DNA of 64,000 nt from Clostridiaceae bacterium M8S5. Lineage in GTDB: Bacteria; Bacillota; Clostridia; Tissierellales; MCWD3. This document shows, piece after piece, positions 53,568 through 64,000 of this stretch; the first letter of the stretch is position 1, and each line of letters begins with the position of its first letter. The position numbers and the translations under genes are program-made. The stretch spans positions 4,395,500-4,459,499 of the forward strand of contig CP118523.1 of the NCBI GenBank assembly GCA_029227815.1, read 5' to 3'. The notes beneath the pieces were generated by a model, which searched no databases, was not told the origin of the DNA, and worked only from the letters and a program-made list of their open reading frames with translations.

Positions 53568-56239
53568 ATCTTTTTTATACTTACTGCACTTACTTTTAGT
53601 TCAGGAATTTTACAGATTTCATCCAAATGATTCCCTGTCAGAACATTTGCTGCACCTTGAGCAAAATGAAATGGCATAAAAACAATTCCCCGAGCTATTG
53701 TTTTTACTATCTTGACCTTAGTTTTGATAACACCTCTCCTTGATGAAACTTCCACAATTTCAGCATCTTTTATACAGTATGCTTTTGCATCTAATTCATT
53801 AATCTCTATATATGATTCTGCTGATTTTTTGTTAAGTCCCTCTACTCTACCTGTCATACTCCTTGTATGATAATGGTATAAATTTCTACCAGTAGTCATA
53901 ATAAATGGATAGTCACTGTTTGGTGTTTCAGCGCTTTCTTGATGCTCTTGGGGTAAAAATAGTCCTTTTCCTCTCACACAATGCCCCTCATGCAAAAACT
54001 TAGTACCTTTATGCTCTTTGTCTAAACAAGGCCATTGTAATCCTTTGTTCTCTATTCTACTATAGTCAATCCCTCCATATTGTGGAGTCACTTTTGCTAT
54101 TTCTTTCATTATCTCAGAAGCATTATCGTATGTTTGACTGTATCCAAGCTTATTCATTATTTCCATTATTATTTTCCAATCAGCTTTAGATTCACCAACT
54201 TCAGTAATAGCTTTTCTCACTCTCTGTATTCTTCTCTCTGTATTTGTAAATGTTCCATCTTTTTCAGCAAATGAACTTGCCGGGAGCACAACATCAGCAA
54301 ACATTGCTGTTTCTGTTAAAAATATATCTTGTACTATTAAAAACTCTATGTTTTCTAATGCTTTTCTGACATGTTTTGTATCTGGGTCGGATACAATAGG
54401 GTTTTCTCCCATAATATATAATGCCTTTATATTTCCATCTACTGCACCATCCATGATTTCTGGTATGGTGTAACCTATGTCATTTGACATATCATCTACT
54501 TGCCATGCTTTTTTGAATTTTTCTATTACCTTTTCATCATCAACCTTTTGATAGCCCGGGAAATTATTTGGTAAGGCTCCCATATCACATGCCCCTTGAA
54601 CATTATTCTGCCCTCTTAATGGATTAACTCCAGCCGATTCTATACCAACGTTTCCACATAGTAATGCTAAATTTGAAACGCTCATTACTGTATGTGTCCC
54701 TGTTTTATGTTGCGTTATTCCCATTGCGTAATATATTCCCGCATTATTAGCCTGGGCATAAATTCTAGCAGCTCTTTTTATATCATTAGCATCTATCTCA
54801 CAAATTTTGGCTACTTTTTCTGGAGTATAGTTTTTAACTAAATCTACTAATTTTGCGTATCCCTCGGTCTTCTTTTTTATGTAGTGTTTATCTTCTAGTT
54901 CCTCTGTAATTATGACATACATCATGGAATTCAAAAGAGCTATATTAGTTCCTGGCTTGATTTGTAAAAATACATCAGCATCTTTAGCTAAATCTATTTT
55001 TCTAGGATCTGCTACTATTAATTTTGAACCTCGCTCCTTTGCTTGGAGTATTTTTGAGCCAATTACTGGGTGATTTTCTGTTGTATTTGAGCCTATAACA
55101 AAAATAGCTTCATTATTTATAATTTCACCTATACTGTTTGTCATTGCTCCACTACCTAAAGTTGTTGCAAGACCTGCAACTGTTGATGAATGTCAGAGCC
55201 TTGCACAATGATCAATATTATTTGTTTTCAATACTCCTCTGAAAAGTTTTTGGAATAAATAATTTTCTTCATTAGTACACCTTGCGCTACTTAAACCTGC
55301 TATAACTTTTGACCCATGTTTTTTTCTTATTATATTAATATTTTTTGCTATCGTAGCGTATGCTTCTTCCCACTCTGCCTCGATTAATTTACCCTCTTTA
55401 CGTATAAGTGGTCTTTGTAATCTATCGTCATGATTAATAAACTTATACCCAAACTTACCTTTAACACATAAAAGTCCATCATTTGAGTGTCCTTTTATTG
55501 GATTAACTCCAACTACTTTTTCTTCTTTTACTAATAGCTCCATCTGACAACCTACTCCACAATAAGAACATGTAGTTTTGACTTTTTTTACCTCCCACAA
55601 TCTAAACTTTTCTTTTGACTTAGGTAGTAAAGCACCTACAGGACAAATTGATACACAATTTCCACATGATACACATGTTGAATTGTTGATGTCGTCTTCA
55701 AAAGGCGCACTTACATGTGTTTTGAATCCTCTTTCACTAAATGATATAGCTCTAGTATGTTGTAATTCATTGCATACCCTAACACATTTGCCACATTCGA
55801 TACATTTATTAAGCTCTATAGTGAAAAATGGATTGCTATCATCTAATTCAAATTCTTTTCTTTCTCCATAATAAGACGTCCTATGTACATCATATTCATA
55901 GCAGTATTGCTGCAACTTACATTCCCCTGATTTTTTACATGTTAAGCAGTCTTCTGGATGATTTGATAAAATCATATCTAATATATCACGTCTTGCATCC
56001 ATTACCTTTTGGCTATGGGTCTGTATCACCATTCCTTCTATGGCTATAGTAGAGCATGATGTTGATAACGTTTGCATGCCTTCTATCTCAACTACGCAAA
56101 GTCTACAGGCGGAATGTGGTTCTAATCTGTCATCATGGCAAAGTGTCGGAATTTTGATATTTAATCTTCTGCATATTTGAAGTATAGTTTCTCCTTTTTT
56201 CGCCTGTACTGATTTTCCATTGATTTCTAAATTTATCAC
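53561..56239 (-). CDS. fdhA: Selenocysteine-containing formate dehydrogenase catalytic subunit (FdhA/FdhF-type) with N-terminal 2Fe-2S and 4Fe-4S ferredoxin domains. A single reading frame with an in-frame TGA (Sec) at 55193-55195.
   Basis: Across the TGA the frame reads ...[33 protein letters not shown]..., matching the FdhF ARV-U-HGPSVAGL Sec region. The molybdopterin oxidoreductase 4Fe-4S motif CSYCGVGC is present, and a SECIS hairpin follows the TGA. Confidence 0.85.
55160..55192 (-). promoter_or_regulatory. Bacterial SECIS element: hairpin GUUGCA-GGUCU-UGCAAC, 12 nt downstream of the UGA
   Basis: The mRNA reads UGA CAUUCAUCAACA GUUGCAGGUCUUGCAAC, nearly identical to the E. coli fdhF SECIS apical stem-loop GGUUGCAGGUCUGCACC. 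Confidence 0.8.
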
Positions 56240-56526
56240 CTATGCTACCTCCTTTTAATGATTATCAGTTTATTCGGTGTCATGATGCTCTGATACTGGT
56301 ACAGGTTCTACTCGATACATTTGAATAAATTTAGAGGATATAATATACTGTATACACCATGTTAAAATTATAACATTATAAGTTGCTAATTACAATCATT
56401 TTAATACACATAATAAGATGCTAATATCTCAATATGTCTATATAATCATATATATTTAATTTATGGTTAAGTTTTTAGGTGGTTATTATTGATATTTTTT
56501 TATTAAAGTTTGTTAATACATACCAT

Positions 56527-56775
56527 CTATTCGTCGTAAATTTCACCTTTTATTAACACTCTTCCATTGTCTGGACATCTAAACCTAAACATTTTACATT
56601 TCTTAGATCCAAAATCTAGATTACCTCCATTTAATAGTGTATATACATTTGGATAAATACATTGCCATAATTCATGACATATAGGTGGGCATAAATCTTC
56701 TACTATAAATGTATCTCCTTTTTTATGATAGCCTGACCTACATTTACTTTCTAACACTTCTAATTTTACTTTCAT
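56527..56775 (-). CDS. Small Cys-rich protein (TIGR04076-like)
   Basis: 82 aa with CxxxxHxxxG..C, CPPICHELW and a C-terminal Cys pair. Confidence 0.5.
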   Translation of the reverse strand: MKVKLEVLESKCRSGYHKKGDTFIVEDLCPPICHELWQCIYPNVYTLLNGGNLDFGSKKCKMFRFRCPDNGRVLIKGEIYDE

Positions 56776-57010
56776 ATTGTTATTTAATTCCTTTCTATTG
56801 TGTATTAATTAAAACAGCTCATTTGATATAGTTAATTACAATTATATGATATCATGAATCTTTTAAATTATTTAATAAATATTTCATTGTAAATTTTCCT
56901 TTTATCTCTGCTTCCTTTATAGTTAACACAAATAATCCCCTTTTACAAAGACCTACTATCTTATAGGTTCTTCACAAAGGGGATTAATAACCTTATAATT
57001 TTAATATATT

Positions 57011-58765
57011 CTACAGTGGATATATATCTCTTTTTACATAATGAGTATGAAGTAAATCATGTGCTTTATGACTATTTGGCTTTTCAAAATACTCATCGTA
57101 TATTTTCTTAATCATTGGGTTTTTATGAGATTTTCTTATTACTTTTGCCTCATCTTCATTATATAACGCTTTTGCTCTTTCTCTTCTAACGTCTACATTC
57201 ATTTTAACTTTAGAACTAACATGTGGTTGTCCACCACCATTTACACAACCGCCAGAACAACCCATTACTTCAATAAAGTGATATTGCTTTTCGCCAGATT
57301 TAACTTTTTCTAATAATTCACTTGCACAACCTGTACTATGTGCTACTGCAATATTTACATCTAAGTCGCCAATTTTAATTGTAGCTTCTTTTATTCCTTC
57401 TGTTCCTCTTACCTGTGTGAAGTTTATTTCTTTTAATTCTTCGTTTGTTAATACTTCATACACTGTTCTTAACGCAGCCTCCATAACTCCACCTGTAGCA
57501 CCAAATATTACTCCTGCTCCTGATGATTCACCTAATATTGAATCAAAGTCTTCATCTGGTAGATTTACAAAATCTAAACCTGCTTGTTTTATCATCTTAG
57601 CGAACTCTCTAGTTGTCAATACTGCATCAACATCTTGATGTCCATTACAAGCTAATTCTTCTCTTTTTGCTTCGTATTTTTTAGCTGTACAAGGCATTAT
57701 TGAAACTACATATATCTTAGATGGATCTATATTGTTTTTCTCAGCATAGTAAGATTTAACTACTGCTCCTAACATTTCATGTGGAGATTTACATGTTGAT
57801 AAATTGTCTAGGAACTCTGGATAATAATGCTCACAGTATTTTATCCAACCTGGTGAACATGATGTAATCATCGGTAATTTGCCACCATTATTTATTCTAC
57901 CAAGTAATTCTGTTCCTTCTTCCATTATTGTTAAGTCAGCTGCAAAATCTGTATCAAATACTTTATCAAATCCAAGTCTTCTAAGGGCAGCTGCCATTCT
58001 ACCAGTTACTGACGTACCCATTGCTAACCCAAACTCTTCTCCAAGTGCTGCTCTAACCGCTGGTGCTGTTTGAACTACTACATGTATATCTTTATCTTCT
58101 ATAGCATCCCATACATAATCTATCTCAGTTTTTTCTCTTAATGCTCCTACTGGACATGACACTATACATTGTCCGCAATTTATACATGGAGTATCTCCTA
58201 TTTCTTTATCAAAAGCTGGTGATACAGTAGACTCGAAGCCTCTATTTGCATAGTTTAGTACCCCTATTTTTTGAACATCATTACATACACTTACACATCT
58301 ACCACACAAGATACATTTATTTGGATCCCTTACTATTGAAGGTGATGATGTATCTACTGGTCTTATAGTTTTTTCACCTTTAAACTCTATATCTGTTACA
58401 CCTAACTCTTCACAAAGTGTTTGTAACTCACAGTTATGGTTTCTACTACAAGTTAGACATTCTCTATCATGATTTGATAAAAGTAATTCTAAGTTTGTCT
58501 TTCTTGCCTCTCTGATTTTCTTGGTATTTGTTCTAATAACCATACCTTCACCAACTTTGGCAACACATGATGCTTGTAAAACCCTAGCTCCTTCTACATC
58601 TACTAGGCACATTCTACAGGCTCCTGTCTGGTTTACATCTTTTAAATAACAAAGAGTCGGTATTTTAATTCCAGCACTATTTGCTGCTTCAAGTATAGTA
58701 TATTCTTCTGGAACTTGAATTGATTTATTATCTATAGTAATGGTAACCATACCCATCATATACAC
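57011..58765 (-). CDS. hydA: [FeFe] hydrogenase catalytic subunit HydA (bifurcating HydABC / HndD type)
   Basis: L1 TSCSPGW, L2 MPCTAKKYEA, L3 EVMGCSGGCVNGGGQP, with N-terminal 2Fe-2S and ferredoxin domains; 584 aa. Confidence 0.85.
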   Translation of the reverse strand: MYMMGMVTITIDNKSIQVPEEYTILEAANSAGIKIPTLCYLKDVNQTGACRMCLVDVEGARVLQASCVAKVGEGMVIRTNTKKIREARKTNLELLLSNHDRECLTCSRNHNCELQTLCEELGVTDIEFKGEKTIRPVDTSSPSIVRDPNKCILCGRCVSVCNDVQKIGVLNYANRGFESTVSPAFDKEIGDTPCINCGQCIVSCPVGALREKTEIDYVWDAIEDKDIHVVVQTAPAVRAALGEEFGLAMGTSVTGRMAAALRRLGFDKVFDTDFAADLTIMEEGTELLGRINNGGKLPMITSCSPGWIKYCEHYYPEFLDNLSTCKSPHEMLGAVVKSYYAEKNNIDPSKIYVVSIMPCTAKKYEAKREELACNGHQDVDAVLTTREFAKMIKQAGLDFVNLPDEDFDSILGESSGAGVIFGATGGVMEAALRTVYEVLTNEELKEINFTQVRGTEGIKEATIKIGDLDVNIAVAHSTGCASELLEKVKSGEKQYHFIEVMGCSGGCVNGGGQPHVSSKVKMNVDVRRERAKALYNEDEAKVIRKSHKNPMIKKIYDEYFEKPNSHKAHDLLHTHYVKRDIYPL

Positions 58766-58793
58766 CCCTTACTTTTATTATTTTTATATTTAA

Positions 58794-60587
58794 TTATCCT
58801 AATTTAATTGCATTAAACGGACATTTCTCCATACATGCACCACATTTTATACATTTCTCTTGATCAATACTATGAGGCTTTTTAGTCTCTCCTTCAATTG
58901 CATCAACAGGACAAGCTCTAGCACACAATGTGCATCCTTTACAAGCATCTTCTATTATGCTATATGCTAATAAATCTTTACAGTTTCCTGCTGGACATTT
59001 TTTATCTAATACGTGTGCTTCATACTCGTGTCTAAAATACTGTAATGTTGATATTACTGGATTAGGAGCTGTTTGGCCTAACCCACATAATGCTGAAGCT
59101 TTAATACTATCTGATAACTTCTCTAGCTTATCGATATCTTCTAGCTCTCCATTTCCACTAGTTATTTTCTCTAATAACTCTAACATTCTCTTGGTACCTA
59201 TTCTACATGGTGTACACTTTCCACATGACTCTTCAACTGTGAAATCCAAAAAGAATCTAGCTATATCTACCATACAGTTATCTTCATCCATAACAATCAT
59301 TCCACCAGAACCCATCATAGATCCTAAAGCTGTTAACGAGTCATAGTCTATTGGAGTATCTAAATACTCAGCAGGGATACATCCTCCTGATGGTCCACCT
59401 GTTTGAACAGCCTTAAACTTTTTACCGTTTGGAATACCTCCACCGATATCATATATTACTTCTCTTAGAGTTGTTCCCATAGGTATCTCAACTAAACCTG
59501 TATTATTTATTTTTCCACCCAATGCGAATACTTTTGTTCCTGGTGATTTTTCAGTTCCTATACTTCTAAACCACTTTGCACCATTATTAATGATACTTGG
59601 TATATTTGCATAAGTCTCAACATTGTTGATTAATGTTGGTTTGCCCCATAGACCTTTGTTAGCAGGATATGGTGGCTTATTTCTAGACATTCCTCTTTCC
59701 CCTTCTATAGAAGCAATTAACGCCGTCTCCTCTCCACAAACAAAAGCTCCAGCTCCAAGTCTTATTTCTATATCAAAGTTAAATCCACTACTAAAGATAT
59801 TTTCTCCTAAAAGTCCTTTCTCTTTAGCTTGCTCAATTGCTATTTCTAATCTTTCTACAGCTATAGGATATTCAGCTCTTACATATATAAATCCTTGATC
59901 TGCACCTATTGCATAACCTGCTATTGCCATCGCCTCTAAAACAGCATGCGGATCTCCTTCAAGTATACTTCTATCCATAAAAGCACCTGGGTCTCCTTCA
60001 TCCGCATTACATATTACATACTTTTGGTCTCCTTTTGCACTAGCACAGAATCCCCATTTTAAACCTGTAGGGAATCCTCCACCACCTCTTCCTCTTAATC
60101 CTGAATCTTTTATTACATCTATAACCTCTAAAGGTTTCATTTCAGTTAAGACTTTACCTAGAGCCATATATCCATCAACTGCTATATACTCATTTATATC
60201 TTCTGGATCTATAACTCCACAGTTTTTAAGCGCAACTCTAGTTTGTTTCTTATAGAAGTTTACTTCATTAACTGACTTAATTATGTCTTCTTCCTGAGCT
60301 CCTTTATAAAGAAGATCTTTAACTATTCTACCTTTTAATAAGTGTTCTTCTACTATAGTATCAACGTCTTCTAACTTGATATGGCTGTAAAATGCTCCTT
60401 CAGGATAGACAACGATTATAGGACCTGCCTCACATAGTCCAAAACATCCTGTTCTAACAACCATTATTTCCTTATCCAATCCAGCTTCTTGGATTTTTTC
60501 TTTCATTTTCTCTTCTATTTTATCAGATTTTGAAGATGTACATCCTGTACCTCCACAAATTAATACATGTGATCTGTAAAAATCCAT
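58794..60587 (-). CDS. hydB: NuoF-like flavoprotein subunit HydB/HndC (long form with an N-terminal thioredoxin-like domain and C-terminal ferredoxin domains)
   Basis: GRGGGGFPTG, an FMN/NAD-binding core, a C-terminal 2x CxxCxxCxxxCP; 597 aa. Confidence 0.85.
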   Translation of the reverse strand: MDFYRSHVLICGGTGCTSSKSDKIEEKMKEKIQEAGLDKEIMVVRTGCFGLCEAGPIIVVYPEGAFYSHIKLEDVDTIVEEHLLKGRIVKDLLYKGAQEEDIIKSVNEVNFYKKQTRVALKNCGVIDPEDINEYIAVDGYMALGKVLTEMKPLEVIDVIKDSGLRGRGGGGFPTGLKWGFCASAKGDQKYVICNADEGDPGAFMDRSILEGDPHAVLEAMAIAGYAIGADQGFIYVRAEYPIAVERLEIAIEQAKEKGLLGENIFSSGFNFDIEIRLGAGAFVCGEETALIASIEGERGMSRNKPPYPANKGLWGKPTLINNVETYANIPSIINNGAKWFRSIGTEKSPGTKVFALGGKINNTGLVEIPMGTTLREVIYDIGGGIPNGKKFKAVQTGGPSGGCIPAEYLDTPIDYDSLTALGSMMGSGGMIVMDEDNCMVDIARFFLDFTVEESCGKCTPCRIGTKRMLELLEKITSGNGELEDIDKLEKLSDSIKASALCGLGQTAPNPVISTLQYFRHEYEAHVLDKKCPAGNCKDLLAYSIIEDACKGCTLCARACPVDAIEGETKKPHSIDQEKCIKCGACMEKCPFNAIKLG

Positions 60588-60630
60588 CTTTCTACCCCCT
60601 TTAGAATTAGAGTTGTTTATTTTTATTTAA

Positions 60631-60999
60631 CTACTTTTCATATGCTCCTACAGTATACTCTGTTACAACGTTGCCGTTTACAATATGTTCAGCTATAACC
60701 CTTTTCGCTTTTTCTGCATCCATGTGTACATAGGTAACTTTCTCTTCACCTGGTTTAAATACTTCTACTATTGGTTCTAAACGACAAACGCCAATACAGC
60801 CTGTTTGATTTACTACAACATCGTTTAAATTTCTTTTATTTACTTCTTCTAGTAATGCAGTTAGAACAGGTCTTGCTCCAGCTGATATACCACAAGTTGC
60901 CATACCTACTATTATTCTAGTTCCGTTACTATCTTGTCTAAGTTGAATCTTCTTTTTAGCTTCTTCTCTAATTTTCTTTAATTCTTCAAGAGATTTCAT
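60631..60999 (-). CDS. HndB-like small [2Fe-2S] thioredoxin-like ferredoxin subunit
   Basis: 122 aa; TGCIGVCRLEP motif. Confidence 0.6.
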   Translation of the reverse strand: MKSLEELKKIREEAKKKIQLRQDSNGTRIIVGMATCGISAGARPVLTALLEEVNKRNLNDVVVNQTGCIGVCRLEPIVEVFKPGEEKVTYVHMDAEKAKRVIAEHIVNGNVVTEYTVGAYEK

Positions 61000-61039
61000 T
61001 ATTTTACACCTCCATTATTAATTAACTAGTATTTATCTA

Positions 61040-61531
61040 TTATTTATTCATGTATTTTTTTATTATACCTGTAACATCCTGTACTACAAGTTTTCCGTAA
61101 ACATCTTCGTTGACAGTTAAAACTGGAGCTAAACCACAGGCTCCTATACATCTAGTAGCTTGTAGTGAAAATTTCTTATCTGGAGTTGTTTGTCCTACTT
61201 CAATGTTAAGTTCTTTTTTAATTTTGTCGATTATATCTTGCGCTCCCTTAACATAACACGCTGTACCTAAACAAACACCGATAGTATATTCACCACTTGG
61301 TATTAATGTAAATTGTGAATAGAATGTAGCAACACCATATATCTCGGACAATGGCACATTCAATTCTTCCGAAATTATTTTTTGAACTTCTATTGGTAGA
61401 TATCCAAAAATAACTTGTGCTTTATGCATTACTGGCATTAAAGCTCCTTTTGTCAATTTCTTTTCGTCAATAAATTGTCTTAGCTCGTTAATTTTAGCTT
61501 CATTTTCTTTCCAGTTAAATTCAAAAGACAT
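61040..61531 (-). CDS. hydC: NuoE-like [2Fe-2S] subunit HydC/HndA
   Basis: CLGTACY...CIGACGLAP motif; 163 aa. Confidence 0.8.
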   Translation of the reverse strand: MSFEFNWKENEAKINELRQFIDEKKLTKGALMPVMHKAQVIFGYLPIEVQKIISEELNVPLSEIYGVATFYSQFTLIPSGEYTIGVCLGTACYVKGAQDIIDKIKKELNIEVGQTTPDKKFSLQATRCIGACGLAPVLTVNEDVYGKLVVQDVTGIIKKYMNK

Positions 61532-62850
61532 TGTAAACCCCCCTAATTAATTTTCTTAATTTTCTAAATATTTCACCTTATTACGCTAATAATACTTAGT
61601 CCCAAGAAATGAAACTAAGCATTATCATTTAAAAAGGTTATTTAGAAGATAAAATAGATAATTTTATATATATATTTATAATTAACTACTTTTACTACTA
61701 AATTAACTTCCAAAATCTTTTATTATCTAGGTTCAATTATCTAGATCTTGACAAATTTATATTTACCTATTTTATAGTGCTTTATATAATCTACCTATTG
61801 ATAAATATATGTCAATTTAATATAGTTTTATTACTAGGTTCATTATAACTGCTATGTTTAAAATTTGTCAATGATTTATGCGCTATTATACTGTATACAA
61901 GACATTATTCGAGAAATTTTTATTCAAACTGTTAAAATTGTGAATTTATAAGTTTTTTAGTATTGATTTTTTGTATTTTTTGATAACAAATTAAGTATTT
62001 GTTTTTTTAGATTATAAATGTTTTCACAAAGTAATATTCTATATTTGTTAAATTTAATCATGATTATATTATAATTATGATTGAATGTAAAGCGAATTTA
62101 TTATAATTTATGAAATTTATTTTACTAATTTGTTATTTTTTTAACATATATTATGTTTTATATACATTTATGAGTATCTACCTATTATATAGTGTTTCTA
62201 TTAATTATTTTATCAATTATAAAACAACTATTCAAATTATCTCTTCATTAAAAATATCTAACAAAGTAATTCACTTGCATGAAAGAAGTTCTATTTTTAT
62301 ACTTTAACTAGATTATTTAATATGTAAAAACCATATTAGCTACTATGTTTACAATATAGGTACTCTAAAAAATATATGATTCGATAAATCTCTTTATGTT
62401 GAACTTGAATTTAAACATTATAGAGCGTAATTGAAAACACTTATTATCCTGAAGGTGATATATCTTGTCTTGTTTCATTATTTAAATTAAATATTATTAA
62501 ATTATTTAGGTCAATGTGTTATCACTTTGCAGTTGCTAAAATAGTAAATTATTATATCCAGGACTAACTATTATACTTTCTTAGTAATTATCAATTATCT
62601 TTGTCCCACCCCTATAATTATATGTATAATCATTAGCATGATTACCTAATAAATGAATTTTTGATTATTCATATCTATTCTGTAAGACTATATTATCTAT
62701 AAGTTTGTTTTTTAATTGTACTGTGATTTAAAAACCTAAATTGAGTGATTGTTTATCTTTCTATTCTTGAATATGTACAGATGTATTGGCTACAATTAAG
62801 CTTATTTTATTACTAAGTCCCTTTATAATTAATATTTAAATTACTTTTAA

Positions 62851-62866
62851 TGTTTCACGTGAAACA
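62851..62866. promoter_or_regulatory. parS centromere site TGTTTCACGTGAAACA, a perfect 16-bp palindrome
   Basis: One substitution from the Bacillus parS consensus TGTTCCACGTGAAACA that keeps it fully palindromic; it lies 79 bp downstream of the parB stop. Confidence 0.8.
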
Positions 62867-62944
62867 ACATATAAAAAAGCTGTACTAAAATAATAAAACA
62901 TTATTCTAATACAGCCTTTATATTTACTAATTCTTAGTATATAC

Positions 62945-63817
62945 TTAATTATACTCATTATCAATAAGCATATCAACTATCCTATTTAAATCCTCTTGAT
63001 TGTAAAATTCTATTTCTATTTTTCCTTTTTTCTTTTTCTTTATTACATTAACCCTTGTTCCAAATTTCTTCATCAATCCATCTTCTATATATATTAATTG
63101 AGGTTCTTTTTTTTCATTAGTTTTTTTTGAATTACTTATTCCTTCATTGTCATTGATTTTCTTGACAAGTTTTTCTGTTTCTCTAACACTTAAACCTTTA
63201 TTTTCTATCTGTTTAGCCAATTTTAATTGGTTGTCTTTATCATTTAACATTAATAAAGCTTTTCCATGTCCTCCACTAATAGTTCCATCGTTAATCATAT
63301 CCACTATTTCACCATCTAATTTTAAAAGTCTAAGTAAATTTGATACATATGGTCTGCTTTTTCCTACTATTTTAGATAGGTCTTCTTGTGTAAAGTCATA
63401 TTTTTTTGCTATATTATCATATGCTATAGCTTCTTCTATGGGATTTAAGTTTTCTCTTTGTACATTTTCTATTAGTGCCATTTCAGCTGATTTTATATCT
63501 TCTACATTTCTAACTATACAAGGTATTGAATCTGATCCTGCAAGTCTGGTAGCTCTCCATCTTCTTTCGCCAGCAATGATTTGATACCCCTTCTTTTTTT
63601 TTCGGACTATTATAGGTTGTAATACTCCATGCTCTTTTATTGATTTTGCTAGTTCCTCTATTGTCGAAATATCAATATTCTTCCTTGGCTGATTTATATT
63701 AGGTTCAAGCATATTTATATCTATATATTCAATTCTATCGTCTGTATTTACATCTTCTATACTACTTTCGGGAATTAATGCTGCTAATCCCTTTCCTAGT
63801 CCTCTTTTTTTTACCAT
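62945..63817 (-). CDS. parB: Chromosome partitioning protein ParB/Spo0J
   Basis: ParB box GERRWRA and the HTH region; 290 aa; overlaps the parA stop. Confidence 0.9.
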   Translation of the reverse strand: MVKKRGLGKGLAALIPESSIEDVNTDDRIEYIDINMLEPNINQPRKNIDISTIEELAKSIKEHGVLQPIIVRKKKKGYQIIAGERRWRATRLAGSDSIPCIVRNVEDIKSAEMALIENVQRENLNPIEEAIAYDNIAKKYDFTQEDLSKIVGKSRPYVSNLLRLLKLDGEIVDMINDGTISGGHGKALLMLNDKDNQLKLAKQIENKGLSVRETEKLVKKINDNEGISNSKKTNEKKEPQLIYIEDGLMKKFGTRVNVIKKKKKGKIEIEFYNQEDLNRIVDMLIDNEYN

Positions 63818-64000
63818 CCTTTTATCACTCTTTTCTGTCTTTTTATAAATTCTTTTGCTAAATCTTTATATGCTAGAGCCCCTTTAGATTTCGCATCAAA
63901 ATCTGTTATTGCTAATCCATAACTAGGTGACTCAGCTAAGCGGACATTTCTTGGTATAAGAGTTTTATAAACATCATTTTTAAAATATTCTTTAACTTGC
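63811..64000 (-). CDS. parA: ParA/Soj chromosome-partitioning ATPase, C-terminal part only (continues beyond the window end)
   Basis: Reverse-strand translation gives ...TLIPRNVRLAESPSYGLAITDFDAKSKGALAYKDLAKEFIKRQKRVIKGW*, the ParA C-terminus. Confidence 0.8.
   Translation of the reverse strand, partial: QVKEYFKNDVYKTLIPRNVRLAESPSYGLAITDFDAKSKGALAYKDLAKEFIKRQKRVIKGW

Noticed and set aside
55145-55192. Apparent gap/stop separating two formate dehydrogenase ORFs, possibly a pseudogene or frameshift
   Set aside because: The stop is a single in-frame TGA followed by a canonical SECIS hairpin, and the flanking sequence aligns with the FdhF Sec region. This is selenocysteine recoding, not gene decay.
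62110-62307. 65-aa ORF in the AT-rich gap upstream of the hydrogenase operon
   Set aside because: Low-complexity Ile/Tyr/Phe-rich translation in about 80% AT DNA; no RBS.

Overview
The window is AT-rich, low-GC Firmicute (Clostridium-like) chromosome from the replication-origin-proximal region. Nearly all genes lie on the minus strand, co-oriented with a replichore leaving an origin beyond the right-hand end. It carries the conserved oriC-flank set: parA (partial), parB/spo0J with a perfect parS, DUF4446, yyaC, a full 16S-23S-5S rRNA operon on the minus strand, rpsF-ssb-rpsR, yybS-gdpP-rplI-dnaB helicase, purA, a tRNA Val/Glu/Lys trio, and a DnaD-like/dnaI helicase-loader pair. Accessory content is a nagR-nagA-nagB operon, an NfeD-flotillin pair with a divergent XRE/TPR regulator, two HydABC/Hnd-type [FeFe] hydrogenase operons, and a selenocysteine formate dehydrogenase with FdhD, MobA and FocA. 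One hydrogenase operon has a textbook sigma-54 promoter and an upstream enhancer-binding protein whose N-terminus is a hydrogenase-like sensor domain. The fdhA gene has an in-frame TGA plus a SECIS hairpin, which the ORF track split into two ORFs. Features beyond the genes that deserve a second look are: two ~148-nt copies of a structured element with compensatory substitutions, each bracketed by a duplicated local terminator hairpin; a structured tandem-repeat array 3' of the 5S gene; a ~200-nt intervening sequence inside the 23S gene; a DnaA-box cluster upstream of purA; and a three-gene SHOCT-motif/DUF2089/DUF4097 module. All coordinates and calls come from reading the sequence and from general family knowledge; no database searches were run.
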